A stretch of 40,686 nucleotides of DNA from an uncultured virus (IMG/VR IMGVR_UViG_3300017917_003066). Lineage: Duplodnaviria; Heunggongvirae; Uroviricota; Caudoviricetes. The notes under the pieces are model-generated. The model saw nothing but the letters and a program-made list of their open reading frames with translations. It was not told where the DNA came from and made no database searches. Position numbers and translations under genes: made by a program. The stretch's first letter is position 1. Every line of letters begins with the position of its first letter. Where the stretch lies: IMG/VR virus record IMGVR_UViG_3300017917_003066; one strand, 5' to 3'. Below, piece after piece: positions 26,857 to 35,136 of the stretch.

Positions 26857-27132
26857 ATGGATAATACATTTAAAAATTCGGTAATGTTAAAGTTGGATAA
26901 AAAGTCTGGACTAGCTCACCTTTCTGTTAGAACCTCGGAATATAAAGTTGAGGTTTTTAAATTAAAAATATCAGATATAGGTAGTGTTTTAATGCAATTT
27001 TCTGACGCAATGAGAGACCAAGATGGTCCAGATGAAGTAACAATTGAACCTGAAAATTTTGATCAAAATTTTGATCAAAATAACCAAAAAAATGACGATA
27101 ATACTCAAGAAGATACAGGAATGGAAATCTGA
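26857..27132 (+). CDS. Small protein with acidic tail, possible fibre chaperone/adaptor
   Basis: 91 aa ORF between two large fibre genes. Confidence 0.65.
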   Translation: MDNTFKNSVMLKLDKKSGLAHLSVRTSEYKVEVFKLKISDIGSVLMQFSDAMRDQDGPDEVTIEPENFDQNFDQNNQKNDDNTQEDTGMEI

Positions 27133-27168
27133 ATTAAATATATAGATTAATAAAATAATATATAGTTA

Positions 27169-30100
27169 ATGGGATTTTCATCAGCTGAGGTTAATAAACT
27201 CACCTTTAAAGTACAAGCCGGAAATGTTATAGATGCTTCATCAGGTAAATATTGGTATGAATCAGTATTTCCTTATAATCCGGCATTATTGTCAAATAGA
27301 GTTCTTACTCAGTTTGAACAAGTTAAATTAAACCCCGCTTCAAACTTAGCAGCTGCACAAGCAGCAGCAGCAGCAATACCTACAATATTAGAAGATAGAT
27401 CTACATCATCTGTTAGACTAACACAGGCTGTTTCAGGTGAGAATAATACTTGGGTTTCTTATAATACATACAACACACCTTCTTCGGGCTTACTAGACCT
27501 TTGGATTCAACCACAAAGAGTTCCACAGGCTAATGGTTTGCCAAGTTCTGGTTATGAAATTGCTTTATATAGTGGAAATCCAGCTTCTGGTGGTGTTTAT
27601 ATTTCAACAACTATTGGTCAATCTGGTGGTGAAGTTGGTTGGGTTTTTAACTATGATATGGGTTTGCTTTTTTTAGCAAATGATTTAATCACAACTATAC
27701 AAAGTAACCCATCTACATATCCAGCTGGTTTAGATTTTTATATAAGAGGTTTTAGATATATTGGTCAAACTTTGGCTGATGGTGCTTTAAGTGCTTTTGG
27801 TACAAGTAGTACAATAGGTTATACACAAAGTGGTGTAACATATTCATTTTATGTAAATCAAGGTAGTTTAACGGCTTCTTTATTAAATACCGGAACAAAT
27901 GGTGGTGCTACTGCTGGTTATTTATTATCAGTTGATAATGATGGTAACTTTGTTTGGTCTAATTTAGGATCTTCCGGATCTTCTGGTACATCAGGATCAA
28001 GCGGAACATCAGGAACAAGTGGTACAAGTGGATCAGATGGCTCAAGTGGTACTTCAGGATCAAGTGGTACGAGTGGATCAGATGGCTCAAGTGGAACATC
28101 TGGTTCAGATGGATCATCAGGAACTTCAGGATCTAGCGGATCTTCAGGATCTAGCGGATCTTCAGGATCAAGTGGTACAAGTGGATCAGATGGATCATCA
28201 GGAACTTCAGGCTCAGATGGATCATCAGGAACTTCAGGCTCAGATGGATCATCAGGAACTTCAGGATCAAGTGGTACGAGTGGATCAGATGGCTCAAGTG
28301 GAACATCTGGTTCAGATGGATCATCAGGAACTTCAGGATCTGACGGATCAAGCGGTACAAGTGGATCTGATGGCTCAAGCGGTACAAGCGGCACAAGTGG
28401 TACTTCAGGATCATCTGGATCAGATGGCTCAAGTGGAACATCAGGATCAAGTGGTACAAGTGGTACTTCAGGATCATCAGGATCAGATGGATCATCAGGA
28501 ACTTCAGGCTCAGATGGCTCAAGTGGAACATCTGGCTCAGATGGATCATCAGGAACTTCCGGATCAAGTGGTACAAGCGGATCTGATGGCTCAAGTGGTA
28601 CGTCAGGATCAAGTGGTACATCCGGATCATCAGGATCAAGTGGCTCTGATGGATCAAGCGGTACATCTGGATCAAGTGGTACATCCGGAACATCAGGATC
28701 TTCAGGCTCAAGTGGATCGAGCGGAACATCCGGCTCATCCGGTTCAAGTGGATCATCAGGATCAAGTGGTACAAGCGGATCAGATGGCTCAAGTGGATCA
28801 TCAGGAACTTCAGGATCAGATGGCTCAAGTGGTACAAGCGGATCAGATGGATCAAGCGGTACGAGTGGTTCAGATGGATCATCAGGAACCTCAGGATCTA
28901 GTGGTACGAGTGGTTCAGATGGATCATCAGGAACTTCAGGATCGAGTGGTACAAGCGGATCTGATGGTTCAAGTGGTACAAGTGGATCATCAGGAACTTC
29001 AGGATCAGATGGATCATCAGGAACTTCAGGATCGAGTGGTACAAGCGGATCTGATGGTTCAAGTGGTACAAGCGGAAAAAGAGGAACAATTTGGTTTGAA
29101 GGTTCTGGATTTCCCAGTTCAACCCCAGGTGCTCAAGAAGGTGACTTGTATCTCGATTTAGATACTGGAGATGTTTGGGTTTATTCAGGATCTATTTGGG
29201 GATTAATAGGTAATATAAAAGGATCAGATGGATCAAGTGGTACGTCAGGATCAAGTGGTACATCCGGATCATCAGGATCAAGTGGTTCTGATGGATCAAG
29301 CGGTACGTCTGGATCAAGCGGTACATCCGGATCATCAGGATCAAGTGGTACATCTGGATCAAGTGGTACAAGCGGATCAAGCGGATCTTCCGGCTCATCT
29401 GGTACATCCGGCTCATCAGGATTCGACGGTATAAATGGTGTTGATGGTACATCTGGTACATCAGGATCATCCGGATCAAGTGGTACATCAGGATCATCCG
29501 GATCAAGTGGATCAAGTGGCACAAGCGGATTAAGCGGATCAAGTGGTACATCTGGATCAAGCGGTTCTAGTGGAACATCAGGATCATCTGGCTCTAGTGG
29601 AACATCAGGATCATCCGGATCAAGTGGATCAAGTGGATCAAGTGGCACAAGCGGATCAAGCGGATCAAGTGGAACATCAGGATCAAGTGGATCAAGTGGT
29701 ACATCAGGTTCTTCTGGTTCTAGCGGATCTTCTGGATCAAGTGGTACAAGTGGATCATCAGGAACGTCAGGCTCAGATGGAACATCAGGAACTTCAGGAT
29801 CAAGTGGATCAAGTGGAACATCTGGATCAAGCGGTTCTAGTGGCTCTAGTGGAACATCAGGTTCATCTGGTTCTAGTGGTACATCTGGATCAAGCGGTTC
29901 TAGTGGCTCTAGTGGAACATCAGGATCATCTGGCTCAAGTGGATCTTCTGGATCAAGTGGATCTTCAGGTACAAGCGGATCATCTGGTTCTTCAGGTTCA
30001 AGTGGAACATCTGGTTCTTCTGGCTCAAGTGGTACATCTGGCTCAAGTGGATCAAGTGGTACATCTGGCTCAAGTGGATCAAGTGGTACATCAGGATCAA

Positions 30101-33100
30101 GTGGATCAAGTGGTACATCTGGATCAAGCGGTTCTAGTGGCTCTAGTGGAACATCAGGATCATCTGGCACATCTGGATCAAGCGGTTCTTCAGGATCAAG
30201 TGGTACATCAGGTTCTTCAGGATCAAGTGGTACATCAGGTTCTTCTGGCTCAAGTGGTACATCTGGTTCTTCTGGCTCAAGTGGAACTTCTGGTACATCA
30301 GGATCAAGTGGATCAAGTGGTACATCTGGATCAAGTGGATCAAGTGGTACATCTGGTTATTCAGGTCTTGATGGTACAAGTGGAACTTCCGGTTCTAGTG
30401 GAACTTCTGGAACTTCTGGAACTTCTGGCTCAAGTGGAACATCAGGATCAAGTGGATCAAGTGGTACATCAGGATCAAGCGGATCAAGTGGTACATCTGG
30501 TTCTTCTGGATCAAGCGGAACATCAGGATCAAGCGGTTCATCAGGATCTTCGGGTACATCCGGTTCAAGTGGAACATCCGGTTCTAGTGGTTCATCAGGA
30601 TCTTCGGGTACATCCGGTTCAAGTGGATCAAGTGGATCATCAGGATCTTCGGGAACATCAGGATCATCAGGATCAAGTGGATCAAGTGGTACATCAGGAT
30701 CTTCCGGATCAAGCGGTTCATCAGGATCAAGCGGATCTTCAGGCACAAGCGGTTCATCAGGATCTTCAGGATCAAGTGGATCTTCAGGCACAAGCGGTTC
30801 ATCAGGATCTTCCGGTTCTAGTGGATCTTCGGGTACATCAGGATTATCCGGATCAAGTGGTACATCTGGTACAAGTGGATCAAGTGGTAGCTCAGGGTCA
30901 AGTGGATCATCTGGTTCATCAGGTTCAAGTGGATCATCTGGTACATCTGGTTCAAGCGGTTCAAGTGGAACATCCGGCTCTAGCGGTTCATCTGGAACTT
31001 CAGGATCAAGTGGATCATCAGGTACATCTGGTTCAAGCGGTTCAAGTGGTACATCGGGTTCTAGTGGTTCTAGTGGAAGTAGTGGTACTTCAGGATCAAG
31101 TGGATCATCGGGAACATCAGGGTCAAGTGGTAGTAGCGGAACAAGTGGTTCATCAGGCACTAGTGGAACGTCAGGCTCATCTGGATCAAGTGGTTCAAGC
31201 GGTTCAAGTGGTACATCGGGTTCTAGTGGTTCTAGTGGAAGTAGTGGTACTTCAGGTACATCCGGCTCTAGTGGTTCATCTGGATCAAGTGGAACATCCG
31301 GATCAAGTGGTTCGTCAGGATCAAGCGGTACAAGTGGATCATCAGGATCAAGTGGTACAAGTGGATCATCAGGATCAAGTGGTACAAGTGGATCATCAGG
31401 ATCAAGTGGATCAAGTGGATCATCAGGATCAAGTGGTACAAGTGGATCATCAGGATCAAGTGGATCAAGTGGATCAAGTGGATCATCAGGATCTTCGGGT
31501 ACATCCGGATCAAGTGGTTCAAGTGGAACATCCGGTTCTTCAGGATCAAGTGGATCATCTGGTAGCTCAGGATCTAGTGGTACATCAGGATCTTCTGGAT
31601 CAAGTGGAACATCCGGCTCAAGCGGTACGTCTGGATCAAGCGGTTCTTCAGGTACATCCGGTTCTAGTGGCTCATCTGGATCAAGCGGTTCTTCAGGTAC
31701 ATCCGGTTCAAGTGGTTCAAGTGGCTCATCAGGAACTTCAGGTTCTAGCGGATCTTCAGGTTCAAGTGGTACATCTGGATCAAGTGGAACTTCAGGTTCA
31801 AGTGGTTCTAGCGGATCTTCAGGTTCAAGTGGTTCTAGCGGATCTTCAGGTTCAAGTGGTACGTCTGGATCAAGTGGAACTTCAGGTTCAAGTGGTTCTA
31901 GCGGATCTTCAGGTTCAAGTGGTACATCTGGATCAAGCGGCTCAAGTGGTACATCAGGTTCAAGCGGTTCATCAGGTACATCTGGATCAAGTGGTTCAAG
32001 TGGCTCATCTGGATCAAGCGGTACATCCGGTACATCCGGATCTTCGGGTACATCCGGTTCTAGTGGATCATCTGGTACATCAGGATCAAGCGGTTCATCC
32101 GGATCAAGTGGTTCAAGTGGTAGCTCAGGTTCAAGTGGTTCTTCGGGTACATCCGGATCAAGTGGTTCAAGTGGATCATCTGGTACATCAGGATCAAGTG
32201 GTACATCCGGATCTAGTGGAACATCTGGATTATCTGGATCTTCAGGTACATCGGGTTCAAGTGGTTCTTCGGGTACATCTGGATCAAGTGGTTCATCTGG
32301 ATCAAGTGGATCAAGTGGATCAAGTGGAACATCTGGATCAAGTGGATCATCCGGCTCTAGCGGATCTTCTGGATCAAGCGGTTCATCAGGTACATCTGGA
32401 TCAAGTGGAACATCAGGCTCATCCGGATCAAGTGGATCAAGTGGAACATCAGGTTCAAGTGGAACATCTGGATCATCCGGATCAAGCGGATCTTCAGGGT
32501 CAAGTGGCTCATCTGGTACATCCGGATCAAGCGGCTCATCTGGTACATCCGGATCAAGTGGCTCATCCGGATCAAGTGGAACATCAGGTTCATCTGGATC
32601 AAGTGGATCAAGTGGATCAAGTGGAACATCTGGATCAAGTGGATCGAGTGGAACATCAGGCTCAAGTGGAACATCTGGATCAAGTGGATCAAGTGGATCA
32701 AGTGGAACATCTGGATCAAGTGGATCAAGTGGAACATCAGGCTCAAGTGGAACATCTGGATCAAGTGGATCAAGTGGCTCATCTGGTACATCAGGTAGCT
32801 CAGGATCAAGTGGTACATCAGGATCAAGTGGATCTTCAGGAACATCTGGTTCTTCTGGATCAAGTGGCACATCTGGATCAAGTGGATCTTCAGGTACAAG
32901 CGGTTCATCCGGATCAAGTGGTACATCAGGTAGTTCAGGATCTAGTGGATCTTCTGGTACATCAGGATCAAGTGGTTCATCTGGATCAAGTGGATCAAGT
33001 GGAACATCAGGATCAAGTGGTACGAGAGGAACTTCAGGAACAAGCGGATCAAGTGGAACATCTGGCTCATCAGGATCAAGTGGATCAAGTGGTACATCCG

Positions 33101-35004
33101 GATCAAGTGGTACATCGGGTTCTAGTGGATCTTCTGGATCAAGCGGTTCTTCGGGTACATCGGGTTCAAGTGGTACATCAGGCTCATCTGGATCAAGCGG
33201 TAGCTCAGGATCAAGTGGAACATCAGGTAGTTCAGGTTCTTCTGGATCAAGTGGATCAAGTGGCACATCCGGTTCGAGTGGAACATCTGGATCATCCGGA
33301 TCAAGCGGATCTTCAGGATCAAGCGGATCTTCAGGGTCAAGTGGAACATCCGGATCATCTGGTTCAAGCGGATCAAGTGGAACATCCGGATCATCTGGTT
33401 CAAGCGGATCAAGTGGAACATCCGGATCGAGTGGATCATCTGGCTCAAGTGGATCATCTGGCTCATCAGGATCAAGCGGTACATCGGGTTCTAGCGGATC
33501 ATCTGGATCAAGCGGTTCTTCTGGAACATCTGGATCAAGCGGATCATCGGGATCAAGCGGTTCTTCTGGATCAAGCGGTTCTTCTGGATCAAGTGGCACA
33601 TCAGGATCAAGCGGTACAAGAGGTACTTCAGGTACATCCGGATCAAGTGGAACATCCGGATCAAGTGGAACATCCGGATCAAGTGGTTCAAGTGGAACAT
33701 CCGGATCAAGTGGGACATCAGGTTCAAGTGGATCAAGTGGTAGCTCAGGCTCAAGTGGAACATCCGGATCATCTGGATCAAGTGGTACATCTGGATCAAG
33801 TGGATCAAGTGGTACATCTGGATCAAGTGGATCTTCAGGTACATCCGGCTCAAGCGGTTCATCCGGATCAAGTGGCACATCTGGATCAAGTGGCTCAAGT
33901 GGAACTTCAGGATCAAGTGGTACATCTGGTTCTTCTGGTTCAAGTGGAACATCCGGATCAAGTGGTACGAGAGGAACTTCAGGAACAAGCGGATCAAGTG
34001 GTACATCTGGCTCATCAGGATCAAGTGGTTCTTCGGGTACATCAGGTTCAAGCGGTTCTTCGGGTACATCAGGTTCAAGTGGTAGCTCAGGCTCAAGTGG
34101 ATCATCTGGCACATCTGGTACAAGCGGTTCTTCAGGATCAAGTGGATCAAGTGGAACATCAGGATCAAGCGGATCTTCAGGGTCAAGTGGCTCATCTGGA
34201 ACATCTGGCTCAAGCGGCTCATCTGGTACATCAGGATCAAGTGGATCATCTGGATCAAGTGGTACAAGCGGATCTTCAGGATCAAGTGGAACATCAGGCT
34301 CAAGTGGAACATCAGGTACTTCAGGATCAAGCGGATCTTCAGGATCAAGCGGATCTTCAGGATCAAGCGGAACATCTGGATCAAGCGGAACATCTGGATC
34401 AAGCGGATCATCAGGTACATCAGGATCAAGTGGTACATCAGGTTCTAGTGGTACAAGAGGTACATCTGGAACATCAGGCTCATCTGGTACAAGTGGATCT
34501 GCTGGTACATCCGGAACAGGATTTAATACAATATTAAATCCAGCTGACTATAGAGTTATAACAGCTACAGGTTCTTCTACAAATCAAGCTTATGCTAATA
34601 CTGACTTTACTTATGATGCTCAAGGCGTAGTTACTGGCTCTAATCACGGTGTTATGAGTTTAGATAACTCATTAATTAGAATAAACACTTATTCAGCAAC
34701 TGCTCTGCCTCCAGGTACCACAATCGTTGGTACATTTAGTACTTCAGCAGGAGTTGGTTGTTATTTTGATTATTATATAGTTAATTCAGGTAGCGGATCC
34801 TTTGAATCAAGAGTTGGAGTTGTTATGGCTGTTTGGGATAGCTCTGGTAATTGTTCGTTTACAGATTCTTCTACACCTGACTTAAATGGTCCTACTAACG
34901 ACTTTAAATGGAGAGTCATAATTTTATCTTCTGATGTTACTTTAATGTCTACTATTGCTGGCGGTTCTTGGGACACAAAAGTTTCTGTTAGAATAATTAG
35001 CTAA
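27169..35004 (+). CDS. Giant Gly-Ser/Thr-Ser repeat (collagen-like/polyglycine II) virion fibre protein
   Basis: 2611 aa: ~265 aa N-domain, about 700 GXX triplets interrupted once by a knob module, ~160 aa C-domain. Confidence 0.85.
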   Translation: MGFSSAEVNKLTFKVQAGNVIDASSGKYWYESVFPYNPALLSNRVLTQFEQVKLNPASNLAAAQAAAAAIPTILEDRSTSSVRLTQAVSGENNTWVSYNTYNTPSSGLLDLWIQPQRVPQANGLPSSGYEIALYSGNPASGGVYISTTIGQSGGEVGWVFNYDMGLLFLANDLITTIQSNPSTYPAGLDFYIRGFRYIGQTLADGALSAFGTSSTIGYTQSGVTYSFYVNQGSLTASLLNTGTNGGATAGYLLSVDNDGNFVWSNLGSSGSSGTSGSSGTSGTSGTSGSDGSSGTSGSSGTSGSDGSSGTSGSDGSSGTSGSSGSSGSSGSSGSSGTSGSDGSSGTSGSDGSSGTSGSDGSSGTSGSSGTSGSDGSSGTSGSDGSSGTSGSDGSSGTSGSDGSSGTSGTSGTSGSSGSDGSSGTSGSSGTSGTSGSSGSDGSSGTSGSDGSSGTSGSDGSSGTSGSSGTSGSDGSSGTSGSSGTSGSSGSSGSDGSSGTSGSSGTSGTSGSSGSSGSSGTSGSSGSSGSSGSSGTSGSDGSSGSSGTSGSDGSSGTSGSDGSSGTSGSDGSSGTSGSSGTSGSDGSSGTSGSSGTSGSDGSSGTSGSSGTSGSDGSSGTSGSSGTSGSDGSSGTSGKRGTIWFEGSGFPSSTPGAQEGDLYLDLDTGDVWVYSGSIWGLIGNIKGSDGSSGTSGSSGTSGSSGSSGSDGSSGTSGSSGTSGSSGSSGTSGSSGTSGSSGSSGSSGTSGSSGFDGINGVDGTSGTSGSSGSSGTSGSSGSSGSSGTSGLSGSSGTSGSSGSSGTSGSSGSSGTSGSSGSSGSSGSSGTSGSSGSSGTSGSSGSSGTSGSSGSSGSSGSSGTSGSSGTSGSDGTSGTSGSSGSSGTSGSSGSSGSSGTSGSSGSSGTSGSSGSSGSSGTSGSSGSSGSSGSSGSSGTSGSSGSSGSSGTSGSSGSSGTSGSSGSSGTSGSSGSSGTSGSSGSSGTSGSSGSSGSSGTSGSSGTSGSSGSSGSSGTSGSSGSSGTSGSSGSSGTSGSSGSSGTSGTSGSSGSSGTSGSSGSSGTSGYSGLDGTSGTSGSSGTSGTSGTSGSSGTSGSSGSSGTSGSSGSSGTSGSSGSSGTSGSSGSSGSSGTSGSSGTSGSSGSSGSSGTSGSSGSSGSSGSSGTSGSSGSSGSSGTSGSSGSSGSSGSSGSSGTSGSSGSSGSSGSSGTSGSSGSSGSSGSSGTSGLSGSSGTSGTSGSSGSSGSSGSSGSSGSSGSSGTSGSSGSSGTSGSSGSSGTSGSSGSSGTSGSSGSSGTSGSSGSSGSSGTSGSSGSSGTSGSSGSSGTSGSSGTSGTSGSSGSSGSSGSSGTSGSSGSSGSSGTSGTSGSSGSSGSSGTSGSSGSSGSSGTSGSSGSSGTSGSSGSSGTSGSSGSSGSSGSSGSSGTSGSSGSSGSSGSSGSSGSSGTSGSSGSSGTSGSSGSSGSSGSSGSSGTSGSSGSSGTSGSSGTSGSSGSSGTSGSSGSSGSSGSSGTSGSSGSSGSSGTSGSSGSSGSSGTSGSSGTSGSSGSSGSSGSSGSSGSSGSSGTSGSSGTSGSSGSSGSSGSSGTSGSSGSSGTSGSSGSSGTSGSSGSSGSSGSSGTSGTSGSSGTSGSSGSSGTSGSSGSSGSSGSSGSSGSSGSSGTSGSSGSSGSSGTSGSSGTSGSSGTSGLSGSSGTSGSSGSSGTSGSSGSSGSSGSSGSSGTSGSSGSSGSSGSSGSSGSSGTSGSSGTSGSSGSSGSSGTSGSSGTSGSSGSSGSSGSSGSSGTSGSSGSSGTSGSSGSSGSSGTSGSSGSSGSSGSSGTSGSSGSSGTSGSSGTSGSSGSSGSSGTSGSSGSSGTSGSSGTSGSSGSSGSSGTSGSSGSSGTSGSSGSSGTSGSSGSSGTSGSSGSSGTSGSSGSSGTSGSSGSSGSSGTSGSSGSSGSSGSSGTSGSSGTRGTSGTSGSSGTSGSSGSSGSSGTSGSSGTSGSSGSSGSSGSSGTSGSSGTSGSSGSSGSSGSSGTSGSSGSSGSSGSSGTSGSSGTSGSSGSSGSSGSSGSSGSSGTSGSSGSSGSSGTSGSSGSSGSSGTSGSSGSSGSSGSSGSSGSSGTSGSSGSSGSSGSSGTSGSSGSSGSSGSSGSSGSSGSSGTSGSSGTRGTSGTSGSSGTSGSSGTSGSSGSSGTSGSSGTSGSSGSSGSSGSSGTSGSSGSSGTSGSSGSSGTSGSSGSSGTSGSSGSSGSSGTSGSSGSSGTSGSSGTSGSSGSSGTSGSSGTRGTSGTSGSSGTSGSSGSSGSSGTSGSSGSSGTSGSSGSSGSSGSSGTSGTSGSSGSSGSSGTSGSSGSSGSSGSSGTSGSSGSSGTSGSSGSSGSSGTSGSSGSSGTSGSSGTSGTSGSSGSSGSSGSSGSSGTSGSSGTSGSSGSSGTSGSSGTSGSSGTRGTSGTSGSSGTSGSAGTSGTGFNTILNPADYRVITATGSSTNQAYANTDFTYDAQGVVTGSNHGVMSLDNSLIRINTYSATALPPGTTIVGTFSTSAGVGCYFDYYIVNSGSGSFESRVGVVMAVWDSSGNCSFTDSSTPDLNGPTNDFKWRVIILSSDVTLMSTIAGGSWDTKVSVRIIS
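27967..34521 (+). repeat. 9 bp-period coding array GGN-(TCN/ACN)-(AGY/TCN/GAY), interrupted at 29077-29220
   Basis: Read directly; frame kept throughout; synonymous positions diversified. Confidence 0.97.
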
Positions 35005-35027
35005 TTGATATAATTTTTTTTAATAAA

Positions 35028-35083
35028 ATCCACCATTTGACTAAATATGAATTGTAAAGATTTATATATAGTAAATGGTGGAT
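35028..35083. repeat. 11 bp inverted repeat flanking a TATATA promoter
   Basis: ATCCACCATTT (35028-35038) ... AAATGGTGGAT (35073-35083). Confidence 0.8.
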
Positions 35084-35136
35084 AATACCACTATGACTTT
35101 TCTTTTGGAGAGTGAAAAAAGAAAAAATTAAAATAA

